Assembly: GCA_041389045.1 (NCBI GenBank)
Contig: JAWKSQ010000003.1
Coordinates: 105,598-169,597 of the forward strand
Reading direction: 5' to 3'
Length of the DNA stretch: 64,000 nucleotides
Source: Minisyncoccota bacterium
GTDB lineage: Bacteria > Patescibacteriota > Minisyncoccia > Phycocordibacterales > UBA918
Shown: positions 20,514 to 29,216 of the stretch, piece by piece
Layout: each line of letters opens with the position of its first letter
Position numbering within the stretch: the first letter of the stretch is position 1
The notes under the pieces: model-generated
What the model saw: only the letters and a program-made list of their open reading frames with translations
The model's database searches: none
Told to the model about the DNA's origin: nothing
Position numbers and translations under genes: made by a program

Positions 20514-21056
20514 CTACTGTTGTAGTTCCTTTTCTTTTTTAATAAACAAAACTTCTAATTTAGAGTTGGCTTCTTCCACACATTTTTGAATTTTGTCTTT
20601 CTGCGAAAACTTATCATCTTCACTGATTTCATTAGCCTTGAATTTCGCTTCCAAATCTTTCATAGCTTCATCGCGAACTGAACGAACCGACACTCTAGAT
20701 TCTTCTAATTTTGTTTTTGCTAACTTAAGTAGTTGTACTCGTCTTTCACTAGTGAGCTCAGGAAAAATAACTCTCAAGCCCGTTGAATCACTTACTACTG
20801 ACACCCCTAAGTCTGCTTCACGAATAGCCTTTTCAACCGTTGCAACCTGACTTGCATCCCAAAGCGAAACACGCAAAGTTCTGGCGTCTTCGATACTAAC
20901 TGAACCAACTTGTTGTAGGGCTACTCTAGTACCATATGATTCTACCCGCACACTATCCAGTAACCCGGGATTGGCTTGACCAGTTCTAATACCTGAATAC
21001 TCCTTTTGTAACCACTCTGATATGTCACTTAATTTTTTTGATATGTCAAAACTCAT
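20514..21056 (-). CDS. frr: Ribosome recycling factor
   Basis: 180 aa with typical RRF sequence (LDSVRVESYG, VSDSTGLRVIFPELTSERR). Confidence 0.9.
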   Translation of the reverse strand: MSFDISKKLSDISEWLQKEYSGIRTGQANPGLLDSVRVESYGTRVALQQVGSVSIEDARTLRVSLWDASQVATVEKAIREADLGVSVVSDSTGLRVIFPELTSERRVQLLKLAKTKLEESRVSVRSVRDEAMKDLEAKFKANEISEDDKFSQKDKIQKCVEEANSKLEVLFIKKEKELQQ

Positions 21057-21095
21057 GCTTAAACTTTAAATTGATTGATAGATTAAGTGTACCAT

Positions 21096-21734
21096 TTATG
21101 TGTTTTTCGCACTAATAGGTAGTGATAAAGCTAATTCTTCTAGCAGTAGCTTGTTGGAGGCACCACGCGTACCTAAACTTTCCAACACAAAATGACAAGC
21201 CTTCTTACGTTCTAAATTCAGTGATTCTTCAGCGTCCAAATAAGAAGCTAAACCGGTCTTAATACCCATAATCCATGCATTATCCTTACTACTGACATGG
21301 GTGGAAATATCTTTCAATCTGTCAGCGTATGACTGGTGATAAAAAATATTAAATATTTCCAATGTTTCATTACTCACCACTTCTCGCTCAGAGAGATCAA
21401 GAAACCGTGACATCAAAGTCGGAATCAGATTTACATCAGTTGGTACCACAAAAAGAAAACGCGTGGTAGCGGGTGGCTCCTCAAGTATCTTAAGCAGGGC
21501 TTGTTGGGCCTCATAGGTGATATTGGAAGCGGTGACCACTACTAAAGTACAGTCCCCGGTCACTGGCTTTAAACTGGCTTGATAGATAATGTCTCTGACC
21601 TCATCTATGCCGATAGTCGAAAAAGTAAGTCGGCTAACTTCCCCTTCACCACCAACGCCGTCATACATTAACAAAGCTTTATCTGTAGATAAAACCACCT
21701 GCCGAACCAAACAAGCGTGGTGATCGATTTTCAT
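21096..21734 (-). CDS. holB: DNA polymerase III delta-prime-like clamp-loader subunit (short)
   Basis: LLKILEEPP motif followed by RFLFV. The protein is only 212 aa. Confidence 0.55.
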   Translation of the reverse strand: MKIDHHACLVRQVVLSTDKALLMYDGVGGEGEVSRLTFSTIGIDEVRDIIYQASLKPVTGDCTLVVVTASNITYEAQQALLKILEEPPATTRFLFVVPTDVNLIPTLMSRFLDLSEREVVSNETLEIFNIFYHQSYADRLKDISTHVSSKDNAWIMGIKTGLASYLDAEESLNLERKKACHFVLESLGTRGASNKLLLEELALSLPISAKNT

Positions 21735-21746
21735 TACTCTATTATG

Positions 21747-23321
21747 CTACTTTCTACTCTTTTGTAAATCTAAAATATGCTTGATCACTCGCCTGAGGTA
21801 CTTTTCAAAAGTTTCACCTGGTGAGTAAATGATTCCCTGTTCATAGCGCCAACCATTCATATAGTCCGTCACACTCTGTCTAATCTCTTGGGTGGAACCT
21901 TCAAAACGGCCAGCTAACAAAAGCGGTACTTGCAAATCAGCAATCTTCTTAAAGAGTGGATGTTCTCTACCTTTTGGTCCAGTACCAAAAAGACCGCTCT
22001 TTTTAAATAGTGACCAATCAGCCAAAAGCTGTTCCAGACCATCATCAACTTCCTTAGTAAACAATGGATCACCATCTTCACTAGTCGCAAGCGAGGCTGG
22101 GTCAGGTAAATCCTGTGGGGTTAAAACCTTTTGTCCGGTACTGGCCAAAGAAGAATCCTCGAAACCACTTTTTTCTTCTACAAAAGTTTCGCGCGTCGCT
22201 TCTGTTGCAGCTTGCAGAGTCTCAGCTGGGTCAGGTTCACTGACATCATTAATTGGAATCGGTTGAGCTGGGAAAGTATGTAGTCGACTGTGGCTCTCTG
22301 GAACCGGCTCAGGGCTGGAGCTGACGTAGGCTGCAACTGGTCTTGTTGGTAGTGGTTCGGGTGTCGTCGGCGTTACTGGGGTGACGGGCGCAGTAACATT
22401 ATAGTTGTTAGCTGGCACTACAGGGACAGGCTGTACTGGGACGGTGTAGGTGCTGGTGTAGTTACTGGCATTGATTGGAGCAATGGTGATCGGGGCTGGA
22501 TTAGTGACTAAGGAGCTGTAGTTACCAGAAGCTTGGTGTGCTTGTATAGCCACTTCAACTTGAGCAAAAGAATTTTCCAAACGGGCCATCGCTGGTTCCA
22601 TTTCACTGACTGCACCACTACTTAACTTCTTCATCGCTTCGAGTAGTGCGTTCATATACTCGCCCAACCTCATTATTAATATCAACTAAGTTAACCGGGT
22701 TACCAACCTTACTGTTAACGGCTGTTTTAATTTGTCGAATTCTGTCGAGATAAGCATCTTCAGGTCTTGAAGCTACCGGCGCTGCGCTACTACTGGTTCA
22801 GGTGACTGAATTGGTGCAGCAGGAGCAGGTGTAGGTGACACAGGAGCTGGTGCTGGCGGAGTAACTGATTGAGGAGCTGGAGTCGGCTGTGACTGAGGTT
22901 GTACTGGCGGTTGTGGCGGGACAACGGGTGTCGGGGTAACTGCTGGCGGTACAGCTTGCGGAACTGGGTTTGTAACTGGAGCAGGTGCTGGCTGGGGAGC
23001 TGGAGCTGTGACTACAGGTGCAGTGGTCGGAGTCGGAGTTTAAAAGTTGGAGTTGGCCTGATAACTACCAAAAGCCAAAGCTGGGCCAGACTGTGCAGTA
23101 GACTGTTTGACTGAGACCGGTATGATTTGGTGAGCAGACAACTTTTGTTCTAAATCAACTTGACGGAAGTGTCACCACCATTAGTGTAGAAATACCAAGT
23201 CGCGGAGTTCATTTTTGTCGGAGGCAGAAATATTGCTGGCTCTGATCGAAGCCAGAACAGACATCACTCCACTTTGAGAGTTTAAATCAAACGCACCAAC
23301 TAAAGAACTGGTTTGAGACAT
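21747..23321 (-). pseudogene. Proline/threonine-rich hypothetical protein, multiply frameshifted
   Basis: The ATG at 23321 opens MSQTSSLVGAFDLNSQSG. Reading continues through shifted frames (PTPTTAPVVTAPAPQPAPAP, DAYLDRIRQIKTAVNSKVGNPV) into the 312-aa ORF 22685-21747. At least four frame changes are needed. Confidence 0.55.
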
Positions 23322-23390
23322 AACAACTTACATAATAACACCAAAGCGAAACTTAGTAAGAGGTACACCGAGACTTCCCTGTGTATTAAC

Positions 23391-23714
23391 CTACTCTTCA
23401 TCCTCATCTTCATCCTCATCATCAGGAATAATTTCTTTTATTTCCGATTGCAAAAGACCAATTTCATCTTTAAGAATTTTTTCAAAGTCCGAGTAAGTCG
23501 CGCAGAGGTCATCAATAAAAGACTCTTTAGCCACATTTTGTTCAACGTAATTTTCAAACTCGGTAGCGGTCGATTCATCTGCCTCAGCTAAATACTGCAT
23601 GAGAGCACTTTGAAAAACTAAAGTACCCATCTCTTCGGCAAAACTTTGTGTCTCATCATCCGTCACGCCATGAGTGTTAGCAGTATCGTTAGAATTAGTT
23701 GTTGTAGTTGTCAT
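23391..23714 (-). CDS. Hypothetical acidic protein
   Basis: 107 aa with the C-terminal tail PDDEDEDEDEE. Confidence 0.4.
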   Translation of the reverse strand: MTTTTTNSNDTANTHGVTDDETQSFAEEMGTLVFQSALMQYLAEADESTATEFENYVEQNVAKESFIDDLCATYSDFEKILKDEIGLLQSEIKEIIPDDEDEDEDEE

Positions 23715-23871
23715 AATGATTATCTTCTATTTTTGTAACACGCCATCAACCCGGACTGAATTTCTCACGAAATTCTTTTGGCACCTTCATCTAAATTTGC
23801 TTTAAAGAAATCAGAGCAAAGATTTCTTGCCACTCATATCCAATTGAGTAGTACCTGTTTTAAATTTATGC

Positions 23872-24285
23872 TCAACAATAGTCTGAGACATATGTCTCGA
23901 ACACATCAGCGAAAGTAGTCGTTTCTCCGAAAGGCACCTTATTATTTGTCACTATACCATCTACCACTTTAACCCAAACTTTTAGTGTCTCCGGCTTGAA
24001 ATTAGCGTTAGAAACTTTATCTTGTAGCATCCCCATGAGCTCTTGCTCATTTCCATCTGCTTTCATATGCATTAATAAAAGCTCTTTCATCGGTATACTA
24101 GACAATTCATCATAAGGACTCTTATAAGCGCCAGTTATTATTTCCCATTTCGTATAAGTACTTGCTTCAAAATCTGATACAGTTTTTTCAACCACCTTCT
24201 CCATCATTTCCGTCGTCAGGCCATTGGCTTTTAGATAGCTACTAAACTCTGGACTCCAAAAGTATTGACCATCAACTGGACTCAT
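23872..24285 (-). CDS. Hypothetical protein
   Basis: 137-aa ORF, co-directional with and downstream of the giant gene. Confidence 0.4.
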   Translation of the reverse strand: MSPVDGQYFWSPEFSSYLKANGLTTEMMEKVVEKTVSDFEASTYTKWEIITGAYKSPYDELSSIPMKELLLMHMKADGNEQELMGMLQDKVSNANFKPETLKVWVKVVDGIVTNNKVPFGETTTFADVFETYVSDYC

Positions 24286-24448
24286 AACTCGAGGAGCTTG
24301 CGATCCGTTGTAGGCAGCTCCGGCTGATAAGTAACTTTGGTATCAGTAAAGCTACCGTGTACACCTTACTCGAATAGGCATCTGATTCTACTGTCAGAGG
24401 TACTTCATGACGTTCTGTACTTGATACGACACTTTCATTGGTTGAGCC

Positions 24449-27400
24449 TCAGGAGTGACTTGGTGGATACTGTGGCTCCGTGACTGGCGGTACTTCAGCT
24501 TTAGGTAACTCTTCTCCGTCATAGCCAATATCAGAAGTGTCATAGTAAGGAGTCTGAGGCGGAATATCATTTACGTTTGGAATACCAAATTCATCAGGAC
24601 GAACCGGGGTATAATTAATCGGAACTACCCGCTCACCACTATCGGCAGTAATCGGTAACGCTCCCGTGCGTGGACGTACTGGAATGTCTGTACTTATTTT
24701 CACACCAGACTGTCCTGGCTTTACCTCAGGGTCGGCAAATTTCTCTAAGAGTTTTGCTACATCTATATTTTCTCCTGGTCTAATCAAAGCTGGGTTACCA
24801 CTCCCTACCCCTAGATCCTTCCACTCTTGTGGTGATAGTGTCCAATTAGGATTTTTTGCATCCGTCAATTCTGGGAACTTGCTATACATCATCTTACTCA
24901 ACTCACCTCGAGTCACTCCTTCTGGTAGTTTCAAATTCTTCAGATCAAACTGATCTACGAGATTTTTGTGGAAGATAGTCGAAACATTGTCACCCGGTTT
25001 CACTATATGCTCTATTTTAGTAACCTGCTCTACAGCACTGACCGATGGTCCTCCAGCAGGCTTTGATATGCTTTCAGTCGCAGTCCCACTACCACTCTCA
25101 ACTTCTGTCTTTACAACGCCAGGTACTGCTTCTGGATTAGGTATTTCACCCCCATTTCCTTTTATAGCATCACCCCAATAACCAGTAACCGAATCATGAT
25201 CGTAAGCACCTGTAGAAAAACCACCGGCCATTGCAGCGGCAACTGTTAGCCTCTTTTGTATCTTAATTCTATCTTGTTTCTCTGACTCAGCGGTAAGTAA
25301 CGCCTCTTCTAATGAATCAAGGTCATTAACGTCAAATTTATCTTGTATATCATCTTGTTTTTGTTCAATCTTCCGCTCCGCCGCGTTTACACCAATTTGT
25401 GTCAACTCATGCACAGACCGAGCAGCATATGTACCCACCACCATTCCTGCGAGCATTCTACCAATCTTAAGCCCACCAAACGCAAGTGCTGTAACGGCGC
25501 CACCTGTAGCGAAACCAAGAATACTAGAGGCAGCAACAGATCCAGCCCTAATTAAGTGCTTGTTTCTCGCTAAGGCTGGCATTATTTTTCGCATTAAAGA
25601 CTTTTGTTCTTCAGACAAAACATAATCTTCATGTAACTTAAGTTGTTCAGCATGCGGTCGTAAAACAAACTTTTGCCCAAAAGCCATTTTTGCTTTTGCA
25701 CTACCTGGCTTGTACCATGGCTCATTACCACCATCTTCAGTCCCACCCCGAACCCTAGCTCGAGCAGTAAGTGCTTGGTCTAACTTAACAGCGTATTCCT
25801 TACGTTTTTCTTTATAATCCTTTTCTAGTGCCACCAGCTCTGGCGGAAACTCTGATCTAATACCAAGCTTCTTGAATAGACCATCTACCGCTGACCCAAA
25901 TTTAGTTCTTTCTCCCAACTCTTTATAATGATTCTTTAGCGCTTCATCGTATGTTTTCTTTGCATTTCTGTACTCAGACTTAAAGAGCATACCTTCTGTC
26001 CCATCTTCATTTTTCTTGCGTAAACTAGATTTGGCTTCACTGTACTCAGACTCAAGATTACGATTCTCGACAGATGAGGTACTTTCATCAGGCGCCACTG
26101 CCTCAGAGTTAAAGTTTTTAAATTCAGAAATCAATACTGAATTATTAAACGTCTGATCGCCAACTTGTTTAAAGAGTAAAACCTTATCACCTTGAACACG
26201 CACGATTATCCAATCGTCTTCAATTTCTCCAGATTCACCCTTTGATTTAACTTTAGCCGCTTCTAGTAAGGCGTTTTGGAAAGCTCGTATTTTTTCTTGT
26301 TTTTCTTCAACAGATGAAGCTTGTTCTACATCAAAGTAAATAGATTCAGCCAATTGTCTTGCCTGTGCAAATGCAGATCCATGATTCAATCCCAGCAATG
26401 ACAGAGCTGACACTAAATCTGTATAGTACCTTGCCAATGAATCTACCTTTTTTTTAATTATTTCAAATTCATCATTTTTCTCTTTAGACTCCTGTTTATC
26501 AAAATCTTCTTTTCTAGCTTCTTCCGTATTTACTTTTGGCTTGTCTACTGTTGCATCAGGAGTTTTTTTCACTGAATTAACCACCTTCCTCAACTCCTCC
26601 ATCTTTACATTCAAATTTTTTAAATACTTTCTTTTTTTATTTAAGACAATATTAGGATCTGTTTCAGTAATATCATCAATAAGCTTCAAAGTCTTACCCA
26701 CTTCAACCAAAGCCGAATTGGAACCTTCGCCATGTTCTGTTAAGTATGTAACAGCGTCCTCGTACTCATGTTTAATTTCTTCAATGTTCGATAAAATTTC
26801 CTCGGATGTTTGTTCTTCCGACTTGATCTCTACTTTATCTAGAAGCACTGGATCAATTTCACGACCATGCAAAAGCTCTGACATTATTTTCAGTAATGCT
26901 TTTCTTTCCTCAAGTATAGACTCTAATTTTTTTGGGTCTTTTGTATCTCTATACTCTTTTCGTTTATCAGAGATCGAACGAAAGACAGGATTTATACGAG
27001 TCATATAATGACTTCTTCTTTCATCTTCGTTATAACCCGCTAAATACAAAATTGTACCCACATCCTTTCTTATATCCCCCAAAGCAAGCCATCTCTCTTC
27101 AAACATTGTTTCATCAGCATTTTTCCAACGCTCAAAATATTCCGCTAATCTAAGCTTTTCATTTTCATATTCGGTATTAGCTCCCTCACCTTCACTTTCA
27201 TTAGCAAAATCACCTAACTGCTCATAAAAACTTGGACCATTTAAGATATCTGAATCTAAAATCTCAACCCCACCAGCCCCATCAAAAACCTCATCCCCAC
27301 CAACCGCCGGAACTGAGTAATTTTCAAAAGAATGTGGTTTAACAAAAACTTTATTATCAATATTTACTTTACCTATTGTAGGTATAGTTGTTGTATTCGG

Positions 27401-29200
27401 TAAGTCCTGGGAATTATCTCTCTGCAAAGAATTTTGTACAAGATTAAACAGCTTATTTAATTCTTCCTGGACTCCCGCAGACAATTTTTCTCTTTTATTT
27501 TCATCATCTTCTAATACTGACTCACTAGTCAGTCTCTTAACTTCGTTAACTATATCTCCAACTTTTCTTAGAATCTCCTCCTTCTCTACACGGTCGATAT
27601 CTTGCTCTTCCACAACCAGTTTGACCTCATCAAATATTCTATCAATACCCTTATAGACAGGAGTCCCGTCAGAGTTAATAGTTTCAAAAACGGACCACTG
27701 GCCACCCCTATAAAGCTCAGTCAATTCTGAAACAGACAGAGTACCAGACTCCTGTTGTTCTTTAGGCTCCACCATAGCTTTATCCTCCGTTGAGGTGTGA
27801 GTACCCTCAACACTTTTAGCCACTAAAAAATTTGCCACTTCTGCCAACAACCTCTCATAGTAGGCACTTCTTTCATTCTTTAAATCTAGTTTATCTCCCC
27901 TATTATCATGAAAAGCCTTATTTACAGAGGAAATATCTGTACGAATGTCTCGCGCGATACTATTATTTAAAAATTCATTAATTTGTTCTTGTGTAAATCC
28001 TTCATGTCTAAGTATAAACCCGAGTTCATCCCAAACCTCGTCAATCTTTTTAAAAGGAGAACCATCATGACCAGGTGGTACTTTGAAAACTCTATTGTCT
28101 CTTTTCTTATACATTTCAGTCAATTGGACCACGTAGTTTCTATCTAATTCTTGTCTAGAGTCAAGATCATTTTCAGGTAAGGCAGAATTATCATCTGCAC
28201 CAGACTCTAATACTGAAACTTTAGTGACTTTATCCGGTGCAGGACTCGCCACGTCCACAGGCAACACAACTTTACTTACACCATCTTTTTTGATTTCATC
28301 AAGAAGCGTTTGACAAGAATTTATAAAATTAATATAGACCTCACTGAGTTTCTCTAAGGACTTCTCTAAGTTATCTTCATTAGAGATGTTCGATGTCTTT
28401 AGAATATCATTATATATAGATATTATTTTATCATATGCCACAGACTGTCTTTTCTGAGTTTTTTTAGACAATTCTTTATAGACTCGATTAAAATCATCAA
28501 ATCTTTTTGTAGCCTCTTCTCTAAATTCAACAATTTTATTTTTTAATGAATCAAAATTTTCACTATTTGACTCCAAGATAGTTGAACCCGTTACCGCTTC
28601 ATGATTTTGTTTTTCTGACATTTTATTACGATCAATTATATCATCTGGAGTGTGGTATTTGATATCTATTCCGCTATCTGGAGATTGTGATACCTTAGCA
28701 GAAAAATGCGCATTCAATATTCTAGCCGCCTCTTCAGGATCATCGATTCCAAAACCTGAATCAGAAACAGCATTTTTAGTTAAAGTAAGAATAATTTCTT
28801 GTCTTTTACTCTCTAAATTACTTTTAGACTTCTTAAGTAACTCTAGTTTCTTCTTAAACTCAACATTATCAGAATCACCATTTAAAATAATGGTATTAAT
28901 TTCTTCAATAACTTTATTTACTTCCTCCCATGAAATTGTAGCTTCAGTGAGTAAGTCCGCTACCATTAATAATTCATCGTTATTAATTTCATTAGCTATA
29001 GACTGAATTGTCTTGTACTCTTGTTCTGCCAAATCTTTGACTCTCTGTACTTCTGTAACATCTTCGTTCGATGGAGCATATTCATTTACACTAATATCCC
29101 CTTCTAAACTTTCTGAAGCATCGTGCAAAAAACGTTTATTTCTTTTAGAACCGGAGCCTCTGCTATTTTTAGTCAAATAGCCATCGCCTTCTATGTCCAT
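24449..29200 (-). CDS. Giant (1583 aa) membrane-anchored coiled-coil protein with a C-terminal LysM-like region
   Basis: An uninterrupted 4.75-kb ORF. The Glu/Lys-rich N-terminal part is about 1200 aa. Hydrophobic segments are encoded near 25425-25545 and 25203-25250. A LysM-like segment (HIVKPGDNVSTIF to LIRPGENIDV) lies at about 24757-25010, followed by a Pro-rich tail. Confidence 0.7.
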   Translation of the reverse strand: MDIEGDGYLTKNSRGSGSKRNKRFLHDASESLEGDISVNEYAPSNEDVTEVQRVKDLAEQEYKTIQSIANEINNDELLMVADLLTEATISWEEVNKVIEEINTIILNGDSDNVEFKKKLELLKKSKSNLESKRQEIILTLTKNAVSDSGFGIDDPEEAARILNAHFSAKVSQSPDSGIDIKYHTPDDIIDRNKMSEKQNHEAVTGSTILESNSENFDSLKNKIVEFREEATKRFDDFNRVYKELSKKTQKRQSVAYDKIISIYNDILKTSNISNEDNLEKSLEKLSEVYINFINSCQTLLDEIKKDGVSKVVLPVDVASPAPDKVTKVSVLESGADDNSALPENDLDSRQELDRNYVVQLTEMYKKRDNRVFKVPPGHDGSPFKKIDEVWDELGFILRHEGFTQEQINEFLNNSIARDIRTDISSVNKAFHDNRGDKLDLKNERSAYYERLLAEVANFLVAKSVEGTHTSTEDKAMVEPKEQQESGTLSVSELTELYRGGQWSVFETINSDGTPVYKGIDRIFDEVKLVVEEQDIDRVEKEEILRKVGDIVNEVKRLTSESVLEDDENKREKLSAGVQEELNKLFNLVQNSLQRDNSQDLPNTTTIPTIGKVNIDNKVFVKPHSFENYSVPAVGGDEVFDGAGGVEILDSDILNGPSFYEQLGDFANESEGEGANTEYENEKLRLAEYFERWKNADETMFEERWLALGDIRKDVGTILYLAGYNEDERRSHYMTRINPVFRSISDKRKEYRDTKDPKKLESILEERKALLKIMSELLHGREIDPVLLDKVEIKSEEQTSEEILSNIEEIKHEYEDAVTYLTEHGEGSNSALVEVGKTLKLIDDITETDPNIVLNKKRKYLKNLNVKMEELRKVVNSVKKTPDATVDKPKVNTEEARKEDFDKQESKEKNDEFEIIKKKVDSLARYYTDLVSALSLLGLNHGSAFAQARQLAESIYFDVEQASSVEEKQEKIRAFQNALLEAAKVKSKGESGEIEDDWIIVRVQGDKVLLFKQVGDQTFNNSVLISEFKNFNSEAVAPDESTSSVENRNLESEYSEAKSSLRKKNEDGTEGMLFKSEYRNAKKTYDEALKNHYKELGERTKFGSAVDGLFKKLGIRSEFPPELVALEKDYKEKRKEYAVKLDQALTARARVRGGTEDGGNEPWYKPGSAKAKMAFGQKFVLRPHAEQLKLHEDYVLSEEQKSLMRKIMPALARNKHLIRAGSVAASSILGFATGGAVTALAFGGLKIGRMLAGMVVGTYAARSVHELTQIGVNAAERKIEQKQDDIQDKFDVNDLDSLEEALLTAESEKQDRIKIQKRLTVAAAMAGGFSTGAYDHDSVTGYWGDAIKGNGGEIPNPEAVPGVVKTEVESGSGTATESISKPAGGPSVSAVEQVTKIEHIVKPGDNVSTIFHKNLVDQFDLKNLKLPEGVTRGELSKMMYSKFPELTDAKNPNWTLSPQEWKDLGVGSGNPALIRPGENIDVAKLLEKFADPEVKPGQSGVKISTDIPVRPRTGALPITADSGERVVPINYTPVRPDEFGIPNVNDIPPQTPYYDTSDIGYDGEELPKAEVPPVTEPQYPPSHS

Positions 29201-29216
29201 AGTTACCCTTCATAAG

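Noticed and set aside
22899-23114. 71-aa plus-strand ORF rich in Cys, Trp, Gly and Arg.
   Set aside because: It is the antisense reading of Pro/Thr/Ala-codon repeats belonging to the minus-strand Pro-rich gene. It has no start context and its composition is not protein-like.
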